Source: Polymyxa betae A26-41 (Eukaryota; Protista; Endomyxa: Phytomyxea). From it: DNA of 64,000 nucleotides. Shown one piece after another: positions 1 through 15,161 of the stretch (within the stretch, counting starts at the first letter, position 1; each line of letters starts with the position of its first letter). The position numbers and the translations under genes are program-made. Location of the stretch: contig RBZT01000267.1 in NCBI GenBank assembly GCA_003693705.1, positions 1 to 64,000 on the forward strand, read 5' to 3'. The notes below the pieces were generated by a model that worked only from the letters and a program-made list of their open reading frames with translations, made no database searches and had not been told where the DNA came from.

Positions 1-517
1 AATAATGTTAAGATTTGATTACAGGTCAATAGATCATTTTGAATAAACTGGATAGATTATGTGAAGTTACTATACGTTTATTATTTTGGATTTTATTCGG
101 GATGGGTGGGATTGTCATCTTTGTAATTGAGAGAGCAATGAAAGGCCAGCGCCCCTGAGATAGATTACCAGCAGTCTTCTGCAATCAAAAAATTGAAATT
201 TGATCCTGTAGTAATACGTACGACCATCATAAATGAACAAGTAAGCAACATACTTTGCCAAAGAATAGCCTCAATGGCAACTTGTTTCCTCTACTTCGTC
301 AATACACACAAATTCCATCAATTTGCTAAGGAATCGGCTTTCCATAAGTTGTGACAACTCAATCAGCAGACTGCTGCTTGTAATAAATTTGTGTAAAAAA
401 CCCTTGTTTGAAGATTGTGCGCGACGTGATGTTTGTATCATAAAGATGTTGTAAAGTTGCCCCTGAGCCAGTCACTTACTCAGATTCATGATCAATTAAC
501 TAATCATATCTGGCTCA

Positions 518-1498
518 ATGGACATTGATGATGATGATGACAGCGGCTCAGGCGACAGCGGCCCAGATGAAACTGTCACCTTGTGTATTAGCCACACTCA
601 ATGGGTCGAACGCTTGGAGAAGATTGACGTTAGTAAGAGGTAAGAGGTGTCGTCTTCTTGACTGTATGGTTTGCTGTGGTTTAGATTGTTCCGTTAGGAT
701 AATGGACAAAATTATCATGAACTACTTTGTGATTGAAGGCCATTATGAAGCTGCTCAAACCTTCCAAAAAGAGAGTGGAACTGGAAGTAAAGCAACCATG
801 TGTTTATCTGCTTCAGTAGCACTTAATTGTTATTAATTAGATGGAGAGATTGTGAGGTCAATGGGAGAGCGAGTTGCAATCGTTTCTCTCATCAAATCTG
901 GGAAAATTGCGGAAGCCATCGATCGTCTGAATGAGCTTGAAAGTGATATTTTGAATCAGAACGAAACGCTCTGCTTTCAGCTGAAATGTCAGCAATTAAT
1001 TGAGCTAATACGTTCTGGAGATCTGCAGAATGCATTGATATTCGCTCAACAGGTATAGAGCTCAGATTGTTTCCAGCCAGTTTCCTTTGTCTCCCTTTAA
1101 ACGCCGTTGTACAGAATTTAGCCCCGAGGGCTTTAAGCAATGCCAATTTTCTTAAAGATGTGGAAGATATCATGTCACTGTTCGTCTTCGATGATGTAAA
1201 TAATTGTCCTCTGGCTCATCTCGTATCGCAACCTCATCGCAGTCATCTTGCAAACCTGGTTAACGTAGCAATTCTGGAACGATTCGGACAGAACAAAGGT
1301 CAATTGTATATTGATTCCAAATGATTTATTGATTTTCTTTAAGAATCGAAATTGTTGGGTTTACTTCGAAGATTAATGTGGACGGAAGATCGCCTGGAGA
1401 ATATCCCGATGTCATTCCCAAAGTTTCGCGATCTACTCTCCGATACGCCTGACGAACATCGCGTTTGCGATGGCGACCGGATGGAGAAAGATTACTGA
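518..1498 (+). CDS. GID8: GID/CTLH complex subunit 8 (LisH-CTLH-CRA protein, TWA1), multi-exon
   Basis: Spliced reading MDIDDDDD..ISHTQWVERLEKIDVSK / MDKIIMNYFVIEGHYEAAQTFQKESG (LisH) / IKSGKIAEAIDRLNEL..FQLKCQQLIELIRSGD (CTLH) / NLAPRA..RSHLANLVNVAIL / SKLLGLLRRLMW (CRA). Four short GT-AG introns. Confidence 0.9.
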
Positions 1499-1653
1499 AC
1501 TTTCGTAATATTCCTTTTCTGTCTGATCTGAATCATTATATATATATACATTATTGGAGTGTCATTGCGATTTTCAGGAGTAGCAAACCCTGCGACAGAT
1601 GCGGTTGTGATGATTAAGTTGCTAGCCAAAGTGACAAAGATGAAATGGAAATG

Positions 1654-2200
1654 TTACAAAGGTTTAGGTTTAAGAAATTGCTCGGAGGGTTTCGAATCCC
1701 TCGGTTCTGTTTTTTGTCTTTTAGACTTTGAATGGTTGGTTCTTTCTAAATTGTGCTTTTGAGTGTGTTGACCTCCAATTAGAGTTTGATATCGAGAAGC
1801 CATTTCCCTATCAGAAATGGTTTCTCGCTCACTAGATTTTTCTAATGAAGCATCCATGCAAACTTTTCGTGCCGATTCTATCGCAGGGTTAAAGCTGTTG
1901 AAGGAGCGCCGAGAGGGCACAAAAGCCGGTGTAGGAGCAGCCGGCGGCCGCGAAGACGAGGTGGACTTTTCGAGAACATCAGGCAACAGTACCCTATAAG
2001 ACGGTTATTGACATGAACCACTACGAACTGAATAATCTGGCTAACCATTGCGATTTCAACAAAGCCTTATTTTGATCGGAGGCGAGGCGATCACGCAGAT
2101 CAGCCTGTTCTTTCCTCCTCATAAACTTCATCGATGTGACGCGCGAAGATAGGGACCGAGGGCCTCCATTCGGATTGTCGTTGCTAACTTTCGTAGCCAT
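1654..2200 (-). CDS. MPP6: M-phase phosphoprotein 6-like nuclear exosome cofactor, 2 exons
   Basis: LSSRVTSMKFMRR near the N-terminus and RRSFNSFNPAIE in exon 2 match the two conserved MPP6 motifs; ends FLKPKPL. Confidence 0.75.
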
Positions 2201-2399
2201 GATATACCAGCAACAACGCAACTCTTGTTTACAGACAGACCTACGAAATGTCAACCTTTCACGCGCGCAGTTTCTCAACATTACCATCTTCAAATTCAAG
2301 CAGGGCTGCCACTTTGCCAATCTGATACAGTAGTATAACAACTGCCTTCTTAATACAATTAATGGGAACTGTACCTATGGGATCTTTAATTATTCTGCA

Positions 2400-4064
2400 A
2401 TGTCCAAGGTGGCTGCAAAAGAGTTAAAAAGGCTGATTGCCGCTGGGGCGCCTCAATCTCCGGATTCATCCGTCATGATTCGGGATAAAATTCAGCGGAT
2501 GCAGTCTTTATCAGAGGCGGATCGCCATCTAATCGATCTAATACAGGAAAAGGTTTCAGATCAGCGTCGAGCATTTGCTGAACGACAGAAAACAGTTCGA
2601 GATCTTGTGGACCGTTTTCGTCAACTCGAGCAAATGGCCCGAAACGAAACAGATCACATTAGTTTATTGCAAACACAGATACAGTCACAAGCAGAAGAAA
2701 TTGATCGGATTAGGGCGGAAAAGAACTCGCTCGTTTCACTCAATGAGTCGTTGCGAGAAGAGGCAAGTGCTAAACGCGAAGCTTACTCTGCCGCTATTCA
2801 AAGAAACCAAAGCTGTGAAGTTCAGATACAGAAATCCAATTCACAAGTGGAGCAGTTAAACATTGAAGCTCAAAATTTGCGAAACAAACTGAACCAACAT
2901 GAAAGAATAAGTGAACAGTTTGAAGAGAAATCAAAAGTATTAGAGATGGAAAAGCAAAAACTTGGCGAAGAGATCAAACTTGTTCGTCAGGAACTTGAAT
3001 TATCACTTGAAAGAGAAAAAACCACATCCTCAGAAAATGTTAAAATGAGAAGCCAGCTGCAATTCGAAGAACGGAATCTCAAAAGTTTACATAAGCAGGA
3101 CAGCGAACATTTCCAGCAACAAGTTATATCAGCTCACGAAAGAATAAAACAGCTGGAACAAGAAAATCACAGAAAAGCTGAGCAGATTGAGTCGCTAGCA
3201 CGTCAGGTAGAGACCACGAAAAGTGAAAAGTCGCTAGAAGCTCAACAATACTGCAAGACAATTGATAGCATTCTGGAAAGACTTTCAGACAATGAGCAGA
3301 AATTGCAAGACAAAAAAGATAAGAACATCGTATTATCTTTACATTTACAATCAGTACTGTCGGCGTTTGAAAAAATCACATCAGAATTTCAGAATCTTCA
3401 AGGAATCAATAAGTTGCTGTGTCAACAAGTCATTGTTCGTGATAAAGACATCCAGAAATTAACCCATAAAACTTCGCAAATCCAGCAAGCTTCTTACTCT
3501 GCGACAAGTACTTTCAACGCAAGTTCTGACCATTTTGAGATCAAGCAGCACAACTCTAGCAGCGAATTACGCAAGTCATGTGAACGGCTCGCTCAAGCAT
3601 TAGCGAAAATCAAGTCGCTGCAACTACAGTGTCAGCAAAACCGCCAAGCCCTTGTTCAAGCTCGAGCGGATATCCAAGCAAACCAAGCGGCTGTATCCAT
3701 GGCGGTCGCAAGTGAGGCGGCGGCCACCGAGCGGCTGACTCGTATGACCGAAATGGAGCACGAACTCGGCCAAGCCATCATGCAGCTGCTAAACGCTTGT
3801 GAAGCCATGGAGGGTTCCTTCACCTGCTTTACATGTATGTCGCTATATCAGTATCCAGTAACATGTGTCCCATGTGGCCATATTGTCTGTGCTGACTGTG
3901 TGAAACGCGGCCCCTGTCCTGAATGCCAGGCCCCTATCAAAGATTCGCTAACAAACCCCAGCCTTCATGTCCTTGCTGGCAAGTTCACCTATATTACCAT
4001 TGTACTAGGCAAACTACGCCAGCGACTCCACTACAGTGGATTATCGCCGATGAGAGTGATTTGA
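2400..4064 (+). CDS. Long coiled-coil protein with C-terminal RING-HC finger
   Basis: Uninterrupted 554 aa ORF. E/Q/K-rich heptads followed by CFTC..PVTCVPCGHIVCADC..CPEC. Confidence 0.85.
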   Translation: MSKVAAKELKRLIAAGAPQSPDSSVMIRDKIQRMQSLSEADRHLIDLIQEKVSDQRRAFAERQKTVRDLVDRFRQLEQMARNETDHISLLQTQIQSQAEEIDRIRAEKNSLVSLNESLREEASAKREAYSAAIQRNQSCEVQIQKSNSQVEQLNIEAQNLRNKLNQHERISEQFEEKSKVLEMEKQKLGEEIKLVRQELELSLEREKTTSSENVKMRSQLQFEERNLKSLHKQDSEHFQQQVISAHERIKQLEQENHRKAEQIESLARQVETTKSEKSLEAQQYCKTIDSILERLSDNEQKLQDKKDKNIVLSLHLQSVLSAFEKITSEFQNLQGINKLLCQQVIVRDKDIQKLTHKTSQIQQASYSATSTFNASSDHFEIKQHNSSSELRKSCERLAQALAKIKSLQLQCQQNRQALVQARADIQANQAAVSMAVASEAAATERLTRMTEMEHELGQAIMQLLNACEAMEGSFTCFTCMSLYQYPVTCVPCGHIVCADCVKRGPCPECQAPIKDSLTNPSLHVLAGKFTYITIVLGKLRQRLHYSGLSPMRVI

Positions 4065-4078
4065 TAAATCGCAGAGTT

Positions 4079-5594
4079 TTATGATTTTGCATATTCGGGG
4101 TCATCATCTAAAACCACTTCTTGAAGGTCGTCGTAGTCAGTATTAGTCTGCGATGCCGTCACTTCAGCCTTGGGAATTACTTCTACGACCGACTCGGAAA
4201 TCTGGTTTTTGTCCAAGCTTACTTCAATTGGCTCCTGCTGAACTGGAATCATCCTTGCTTGGGTGACAGGCTTGTTTTCCAAGTCGCCACGTATACGATT
4301 AACAAAGTATAAATCGCGGTCTCGAATTGCTGACACCCTGAGCGTGGATAAGCTGATCAAATCTTCGCTTGGGTAAACATCCCATTACCATTGGTTGAGT
4401 GTTTGTAATGGATCGGGATCTTCCAACAGTGGCATAAATAAATGTAAAGTCCCATTTGGGCATTGGATCTATCTACAATTTCATCCAGCGAAATGAGATT
4501 TAGATGAATATGAAACCTGAATACCGTCACGATTTACATCCGATTCTAATCTGAATGTTGACATTAAACAATCGTTTAGATCAATTTCAACCCAACTTGG
4601 CAATTGTGCTCTTTCTGAAGGCGATTTTGACAAAATAAATCTACGACACTATTTAGGATTTAGTCTGTGGCAAAGCGCTAAACGACCTGTACGCTTCTAT
4701 TTCAGCTTTGGAGATAAACACATGAAGTACATGTCTAGATAAAGCAAGAAACCGGATTGAAAATTTGGAAAGATCCACGAGATTCGGTGCAAGAGACTCC
4801 AAACTTTGATAGAGCATTGGAGAAGTCATTAGCAGAGGTTGCATGGCCCAAATCCGTCTCCTACGCTCAACTAGATCGCGATGAAAGGCGCCGCTACAGA
4901 TTTGCTTGATCAGTTCCTCATAATCCACTTGTTGCACAGCTAGCTCAGTGTGAACTATGTTATGATACGATTGACATAAACATTCAGCAAAATCAGATCG
5001 AGATTTCATTCGTAGCCAAAGCGTTCCTAATGATACCAAATGCAGAGCGACGTCTTCGGTACGAAAAGCAGCATCGTTTATGCATCGGTAAGACAGCGAA
5101 ACCATGATGACATCCTCTAGTAAAAACATATCCAAAGCATTACATATCAAAGATCCATCTATAAGCTGAGGGAAAAGCAACAGTCGATAGTTGGTCAAAC
5201 AGACAATCACCGATTCAGATTGCCTGATGCTATTCTCGGGACCGGTCTCGTATGAAACTTGTAGAACTTGCGCCTGCTGGCTGCAAACGACATGTTCATC
5301 AGCGCGATCTAGCGACGCCAGATATCTAATGAAGGTCTGATCATTCTTGAGACCGACCTGATCGAGATCAGGACCTGAATCTTCAGGTGAATATGGCATT
5401 GTGATGGTAACACTTGGTTTATGATACCCATTACTACCTGTTGGGGTCTTCGGGTACACTGTTGAATCCCAAAAGGTTCCATACACCCCACGGTGGTCAG
5501 GCAGACAGACACATTCAGCGTCAGTTATATAATCGAGACTGAAAGGACTGCTACAGAAGCAGTAATACGTTTTATTGTTTATAGCTTGGCCCAT
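4079..5594 (-). CDS. Hypothetical protein, multi-exon, possibly with a PH/GRAM-like domain
   Basis: 313 aa ORF plus downstream exons ending in the 4079-4360 ORF. VIVCLTNYRLLLF resembles a PH/GRAM strand. Structure approximate. Confidence 0.5.
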
Positions 5595-5679
5595 ATTCGA
5601 ATATATCTATATAAACAATGAGTGTACAGAATGCTTCAATTTGAAGAAACGCAGTGATCACCTTAACTTATTTATACAA

Positions 5680-7687
5680 TTATACAAGATTAACATGTCG
5701 ATATATACCTATACCACCAAGCTCATTAGTCTTGATAACTACGTCGCTGCGCCTGCCGTAAATGGCATGGCAGTAGCCGTTGGCGGAGACCGAGTTCACA
5801 CTGGGACGCGACCTGTTTACAACTTAAGCATAATCATACCGCAATACTAGCATCAGACCAAGCGAGCGCTGCACACTTGGACGGATCATAACGCCACAGC
5901 GAGAAACTGTCAACAATGAGAAAACAATGCATTCACAATGAAAGACGGGCTTACTCTGGTTGACCAGAAAACAGAAACGACCTGGATTCTTCATGATATA
6001 TCATATCACCAATGGCGTGAACGAATGGATCCCTTGTTCCTTGAGTACTGTATGAGCAATCAAATCACGGTTCAGATAACATATTTATCGAATAATTTAA
6101 AAAAGAGAATGAGATACTGACAACATATTTTTACGGATGTCGATTTGAAGGATCTCGCCATCTCCGAAGCCCAGTAGCACATTGTTTGGATCAAACACAC
6201 AATGTGTGTATAGATGCAATTTTTGGGCATCAACAAACAATGCTGCTTTTCGCATTGCAGTTCTGGAATCGAACTGAAAGAATCTGCCATCATCTGTCGT
6301 CATCGTAACCGACTGACTATCTACACAACGATTCACACATCAAAGCATCTAAGAGCACGTCTCTGCATTACCAAACGAACCCCAACGCACAGACCCGATG
6401 ACGTCATCTAGACGAACTGCAGATATCGTAGTCATACTTCGAGTAAGGTCATTGATGCTAAGAACCCGATCAAAGCCTGATTTGCGAGTTAAACACAAGA
6501 TCAAAAACAAGACAATGAGACGCAAACCTCCAGCAGCAAACAGCTTCCTATCTTTTGGATTGAAAGATATTTCCCTTATCTCATCTTTATGGACCCAGTT
6601 CAGTTTTGCTGCAGACGCTTATTGAAAGAAACAGTTTACAGGCGAGACCTACATCTGTCCGTCATCTGGTACTGGTCGTCGATATCAAAAATGCTGGCTT
6701 CCGTACCATGCGCAACGACCAGGCACCGCTCCGAGACCCAATGCAATTCGCGCCCGTACTGAATGCAAATGTTTGTATAGAACCAGATGGATCAACCCCA
6801 GGCCGATATCTGTTTACACTTTTGATAAGCGTCATCCCTCGGAGGAAGTTTTCGGGATTTGGGTTGCTTCTGTCTTGTAGAAGCGACATATCTAATGCCA
6901 GCATCATATGTTTCCTTGCATAACGATTCGCTGTGGCAACGACGACGACATCGCTGTTGCCAGTTGGATCCAATGTCGGCTTCGACAAAGGAAGCTCCGG
7001 CTTCCTATTTTTATCTGCAAATGGCCCATTAACGATTTGCGGATGATTGCTTGCGGTCTGAGTACCAATAAGAAGGTAAGGCTTAGCAGGCTTAGGACTC
7101 TTGCTAGCTTTTATCAAAGATAACAAATCACAGTCACCTCCCTCCTATGTAGAGACATCTTAAACACTTAGCACAGGGCAATCCACGAATCTCACGATGT
7201 ATCCAGCCGTCTGGTTTGGATGTTTGATCCAGTTGGAAATTCCACTGTTGTCCCCATCCTTCTGCTTATCAACTTCTGATAAGCATTAAGAGACTGAAGG
7301 CCGTCATTAACTGAATAGCATACGGTTTACTGGAGACGTTGCCAGTTCTGACTCCAATGCACGACTTAATGGCGTCGATCCCAGAGGTGAGCTCAAAGAT
7401 GTTGTTGGGGCCCTCATCCCCAGATTATTAATCATTAGCAAAGGAAATGGATCAAACAATGACTGATTAGTGTGCCCTGTGGACGAAGAGGATAATCCTA
7501 GGCTCTGCCATAGCGGATCGTCACCCAATGCATCATCTCCAGTTAAAAAATTGAAATTAGACGAGCATTGGAATGGCTGAGCATCCATCGATAAGGTCTG
7601 TGCCAGAACACGATCCATTTCGCTGGACGACCGAGTTGCAGCTTGGGAATCCTGCCTGGCATCAGGATTCGCTGATTTCTTCGACAT
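5680..7687 (-). CDS. WD40-like beta-propeller protein with low-complexity N-terminus, multi-exon
   Basis: Exons read SVTMTTDDGRFFQFDSR, VLLGFGDGEILQIDIRK, DPFVHAIGDM, FSLWRYD, VIKTNELGGIGIY (WD-blade-like), joined by short introns. Confidence 0.5.
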
Positions 7688-7748
7688 TCGACCTCTACGA
7701 AGCGTTTAGGTGACAATATCAAATATTCTGAAAAAATCGGCGACTTCG

Positions 7749-8780
7749 ATGCAAGAATTAGGTCTATTCAGGCAACAGCTGACAGGATTAGGGGTCCTCG
7801 ATAGGTACTGCATCCAAGTCGACCCCGACCTAGCGTTGCTTATTATTACACCAGACCCAGAACTCGATCGGTACCTACAGGATCAGGTGACACTGGCCGA
7901 GGGTCCCTTCTCCAGGCGATGCCTATTGATCTTGAGGGACCTTCGTCGCGATCGAAAGAGATCAATCCAACGGAGAACCGTTAAACACGCCAACAACGTG
8001 ATGTCTTTGACCACGGGCCACGATAACTGGTTTGTATTGAGCAGAAACGACTTTGATCAAACGTGCGAATCTTCATCCATAAGTCAATAGAAGGCGTCAT
8101 GGCGATATCGGCCCTATCACCTTTGTCTAAGATAGGTTTAAGTGCCAAGAAAGGCCAGCGTTAACCAGCAAACCACACCGTCCGCGACGGATGTAGTAAG
8201 TATTGCTTTGTCTGCAATAAATGTTAAAGAATTCAAACTGCGATAGTGGTGAGAGGCTAACGCGGACAACTGCCATCGATCACTTGAAAGTCCCCCCGGT
8301 TGCTTGTTACCTCCGGACGAGCCGGCTGGCATACTGTTAAGCCTAACCAGCGCGAGCGCCCCTGGGGGGCGAGCTGGCGGAAGCTGTCGAATGCTTCAGC
8401 GGGTATCCAGACGACATTTTTTTTTTGGTAACAGCGAAGTTCGTTCTAGCTGTAATGTCGGATGTCTTCCCGAATCGAAAGCAAGTGCAGCATGGCTCGT
8501 TTCCAGGCTATGTGCGGCATGGCATTGCCCTTAGGCAAGGTCTCATTGACGAATCTATCAGTGAATCCGGTAAGCATCTGATATTATTACTATGGGGTCT
8601 TAAGGTTACGTCGATTTGAGACGTTGCCGGTTAAGAGGGCCGTCGGACATCACCAGTACATTGTTACAGCAAATACGAAGGATACAGTGTCCCTCCTGTC
8701 CGAATACCAGGCTTCCAATCAATGCTACAGTTATCGCTAGAACATGGCCTGTTGGTGTGCAATCTCGATTGACGATTTAG
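7749..8780 (+). CDS. Putative hypothetical protein, multi-exon; boundaries uncertain
   Basis: 126 aa ORF plus intron-like segments (GTAAGT 8196..TAG 8246; GTAAGC ~8570..AAG ~8604) linking open frames. No recognisable domain. Confidence 0.3.
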
Positions 8781-8825
8781 ATATTTCATGACGTAGTCGG
8801 CATTGCTGATACAGGACTGTAGGTG

Positions 8826-8867
8826 TACATTCGACTTCATATGTTCTACATTCGACTTCATATGTTC
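8826..8867. repeat. Perfect 21-bp tandem duplication
   Basis: TACATTCGACTTCATATGTTC occurs twice back to back. Confidence 0.9.
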
Positions 8868-9483
8868 GATACATAACACATTAAAGAATACATTAGCCCC
8901 TTAAGACGATAGATTGGCCATGAAGTCTATTATCTCTAATGTTGTCTGAGTGTCATGAGTCGCATTCGATCGTGGGATCTTCAGTTTTCTTCATATTCTT
9001 TTGGGTTGGCAATAACTTTTCTTTGAATTGACATTTTCTGCAGTCATACGTAAGCAAGTACGCATGGTCTTGGAGGGTTCTTGCAGATTGACTAAATGCT
9101 AACACGAGTAAACCGCTGGTATACATCACTGACAACCGATCAGTGCGTCCACAATTCGTGAAAACCGACTGTCCCAATGGTAGCAGTCTCACCGAAAAGG
9201 ATTGCCACGAGAAAACTAAAAAGATTGAGAATTCCACTTATCAAGAGAAATCTAGAGTCCTTTGGATAAGGTGGTGCTGGTCATAACATCAGGTAGGATT
9301 CATCCCTTTTCTTGCATCTGAGCCAAAGCTTCGCAAATGAGAAGCTGTTATCGACTCTGATGTGGATTCTTTCATGGGAAATGACGTTTAGAGATTTCCA
9401 AACCAGCATGCCAGTCAAAAATGGATTCCTGAAAACTTCTCAAATGACTCTATGTATATAGATATTGATCACGAAATTCGCAG

Positions 9484-10436
9484 TCAGGCAACGCCATCCT
9501 TTTCCGAATCGTGCTACATCAAACAATTTCAGTAAGAAAATCCTCAGTCTTAACAAGTTTACACCTTTCGTAAATCTCGCTTAATTGGATCCCAGATTTT
9601 CTTAACGCTGTATTTTGTCTCGAATCTGGTCCAACTAAAAGGATCGTACTTTTCTGGGCTAATCAGGTCCAAGAAGACAGGTCTGCCTTTGTCGGAAGTT
9701 TTCAAGTATTGCTTATATAAATCATTTCGCATCCTGATTCTTTTTACGGTTTTGGCATCATTGATATCTGAACATTTCAGTAAATATCAATTTGGAACAA
9801 AACCGTCTTTGATACTTCGAGTGATTTGTTCCTGGATGTTTCTGAAGACAAGTGCATTCCATGCATTGCAAAGGCGCTGACCTTTCTCGGTCTCTGCAGC
9901 ATCTTTCTCGTCCAGATACCTATACATAACAGAAAAAACGTGACGATATTTTTTTTGCACGTGAGAGTGACTTACTTCTCAATATTGTCAATTGATCTGG
10001 AGCCTCCAATAGCAGAAGAGAGCAAATCACCAAACTTCTTTTCGCGTAGCGCCAACTTCTGCAGCATGAGTTCGTTTGAACGACGCTGTGATCAATTTTG
10101 GAAGGAAGCATAATTCGGATTGGCATTTGTATATACCGCAGCCTGCTCTCTATTGGCTTCTTGTTGCTCGAAGAATTGCTCAAGCTGCAATCGCTTCTTC
10201 TCCTTCAGTTTCAAGCGGATTAGTTTATCGGAAGATAACAAAGAATCTTGAAGATGTCTGCGAGCGCTTTGATTCTCATACCCCGAAACAATATTAGGCT
10301 TTTTGGCATTGTGCAGCTTCAGCAGCTCGTGTTGTTGATTCGAGTAGACAATGACCCGGCCGATATAAGGGTTTCGAGAAGGAATCAACCCTAATCGGAC
10401 ACGCCGATCAAATTCAGCAGCACCTTCATCCTTCAT
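9484..10436 (-). CDS. FAM228-like protein (family associated with ciliated organisms); 3' end uncertain, may extend to ~9.0 kb
   Basis: Exons read LCNAWNALVFRNIQEQI and YKQYLKTSDKGRPVFLDLISPEKYDPFSW..IWDPIKRDL, resembling the FAM228 W..V...Q..I and F.....P..YDPF...DP.K motifs. Confidence 0.55.
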
Positions 10437-10610
10437 AGCAACACTGCCAATTCAGGGATGGAACGCTTTCTAGGGCCGTTTTCCAAAAAACTTCAGGTGG
10501 TGCGTGCCATCCCATTAATATCTTATCGAAAAGTGTAAAAAGCTGACGATTTGCAGTATTGCTGTAAAGCAATAATTTAGCAATTCCAGTCTCGCCATGA
10601 TGAGATACAG

Positions 10611-13162
10611 ATGCGTCTGCCTTTCTATCAGTTTTTACCAGTTAGCCATCCAGTAAAGGCCTATTATGGTTGTGATGTGACTACGAAGAGAGGCGCCGCC
10701 AGCCTCTCATTGCGCTACTCGAATTGTCATGAGGGCCCCATCACCCCATCGACCTGTTTTAGCTGTATATGGAAGGTGGGCAGCCACCACACCATCCCCA
10801 AACACTATTAATTTGGTCTATCGGGCCACATTAACAGTATGTAATCATGCTTCGAACGGCGCCGAGTCGCTTAAACCTTGCTTAGAAAATCGCCCAGTTC
10901 GAAATGTCGATCGTATCAATATGCATAGCACGTTCTCGCCAGTTCAAATCCGGAATACAACTGCTCGTCATTACCAGCGATTTCAGAATCTGGGCGGTTG
11001 AATTTCAAAGAGTAAAACCTGTTCTGCAACCAGAGACTTTAAACATAGGAAGAGAATGCTGCCTTGGAGTTTGCCCTGGCGTAACAGATTGCATAGTCTT
11101 AGATGATCGCATTGTATTGTTAGGACCAAATTCCAAATCGTATGAAGCTCCATGGCCCTGCGATAGGCTCACAATCTCTCATAATAAGCATTTTGCTGGA
11201 CAATGCTGCACATTAGTCTGTTTTTCTCTGGCAACTAAATCGAGTTGCTGCAGTAGTACTGGATCGGCAAACATCTCTGCCTCTCATGAATTATTTTGCT
11301 CAATGACGAAGGATCATGAACAAGGTCCGATTTTGATCGGAGCCCAAAGGAGTGGACAGGTTTTCATCAACAAGCTTCTCAGTAAGCTTCAACCGGGTCA
11401 GCTGCAAAGCATCAGTCCTCGGCTGTTGGTCGATGTCAAAGAAGAATTGTGCGGTGTCCATTTTGTTATGCATGAAAAACTTCTCGGTTTTGTCTTCATT
11501 TCCACCTCAGGAAAGATTATTTGTCATCCGATGAATGGCAACAGTACCAAATATTTTCGAGTTTCGTTAACTGTGAATTCAAGCGCGGTTGTTGCTGGGT
11601 CTATGCTATATTTGCTCTCAGAAGGTTCTTTGTTTCTTGTCAATCTGACTGAGGCGTCTAACGATTCGAGACCATGTTCATCGTCGCAATGTATCCCTCT
11701 TAGCATTCTGCAGTCCAGTTTGGTAAATGATTTGAATCTGGTTAAGATAGGGTCTTCCAGTTGCGCGTCGAATGAGCTCGTTGTTCTGACTTCTTCAAAT
11801 TCGCTGTCTCACTTTGACGTCACAACTGATACCCCTATTTCTCCTGTTTGGAATTGTTCTATCAAGTCTTTAATGAAGCATATCAGACAGATATCATCTG
11901 CACATGGTCAGATGAAAGAGCAGTCCATGATCCTGGACCGTGATCTACGTGCGGCTCAGTTTGCTTTTAATTTACAGCAGTGCAGCGATCGCCAAAAGAT
12001 GTTATTGTGTTCATTCAAATCGTCTCCGATCATGCAGCACGGCACTGCAGCTGTCCTACTGCAGTTCAATCTAGCTAATAAGTCTTTGTTCCAGATTCCT
12101 GCCGGCTCGTTTTCCGTTCGTTTCGGTATCACCTACGCGTACGAGTCAGCCTTCAAAACCGAGAGTATGCTTGTAGACGATTACTTCAATTGTTGTTGAT
12201 TCCGTTTGTTTAGGTCTTTGTTTACCGTTACCAGAAATGGCCTCTAACCAGATTATTCAAACTCCAATGGTATGCCCGATTCTGTCTCCGTTGCCTATAA
12301 AGATCAAAGCCGCATTGATCTACCGCCCTTTCTTGAATGTGAATTATGCCATGAGAAATACTCGAGTGATTGATCTGATGATGTGCCATTTGGACGTGCT
12401 GGATTTATCCTGTGCTCAATCGTAGGGCTGCACTTTCCATTTTCGATCTGTTAACGAATTTAAACAGGGAGTCATGTATGACATCATCCATCGATACCCC
12501 TTCTGCACCGTGGATATCTAGTTTATTGCAGAAGGAAATTAAACCTGCCAAAAAGTCGGTTCGCTCTTGCAAGATTCGACTGGCTGGAGTCGGAGCAGCT
12601 GAGGAAGCTCTCGGAAAGATTGCTGCAGAGCTTTCGCCCCATTTCTCGTAAGGCATGCCATTATGCTTCGTGTATTTTTTTTTAAATGACTCAGACGATC
12701 TGACACTATGGGGAAAGGATCAGCCGAATTGACTACAGTTTCTGGCAGCAAGCTAAAAGTATACATGGTAATCAGCCAACCTGGTCTAGTTGATGTATTC
12801 CTGCATTGTACTCCAGGGCCAACATTGCCTATATGGAGGTAGTGACACATCATTGTTAATCATCTAAGCTAACTGTATTCAGGGCTTCCATATTGTCGCG
12901 TTTTAGGCGTTCGCTGATAGATTTATCGGACTGGAAGACTATTGCAGTGGATATTTTGCCAAACATGCGTAATGAGTTCCTAGATCTGCAATCATCAATG
13001 CAGAAATCCCTGGACGATGTCGAGCAAACCGTAAACGGCGATACGAGAAAGTACGCGATCAGCTCTGAAGACTGCTCGAGCTTAGCGCGTGCTGCTACGA
13101 CAAGGTTACTTTCTGCATACGACGCATTCCGAAATAAAATATCCCAACAACTGCCACTGTGA
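10611..13162 (+). CDS. FAAP100-like (Fanconi anemia core complex-associated protein 100) protein, multi-exon; start uncertain
   Basis: 431 aa core exon plus 3' exons give a beta-propeller, a coiled coil (IKSLMKHIRQISS..), a beta-sandwich (LANKSLFQIP..PLPIKIKAALIY..HLDVLD) and a C-terminal helix (LLSAYDAFRN), collinear with recalled FAAP100 motifs. Confidence 0.55.
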
Positions 13163-13345
13163 ACCAGATGCCAGCTTCAAGAATGAGCTTAGGTTTCGTC
13201 TAACCTGCCCGGTTTCCATCGATCAACGATATGTTAGATAGGGAAGGAGGCTGCGTTCAAGCCGCTCACATTATCGTGAGGGTGCTACATCAACCTTAAG
13301 TGTCATTCCACATTCCAGTTTGCCGGATTCGCACACCTTGTCGAT

Positions 13346-15106
<1,761 letters not shown>

Positions 15107-15161
15107 AGACGGAATGTTCTAATAAAGCATATTGTGCCAGTCTTAATCATATGCGATTCAT

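Noticed and set aside
8280-8430. GAAAGTCCCC motif plus GC-rich stretch and T10 run, resembling a second RNase MRP/P RNA
   Set aside because: No matching CR-V (GGGGCTYA), P1 or P2 helices. The surrounding sequence has intron-like GT..AG segments and open frames, so coding sequence is more likely.
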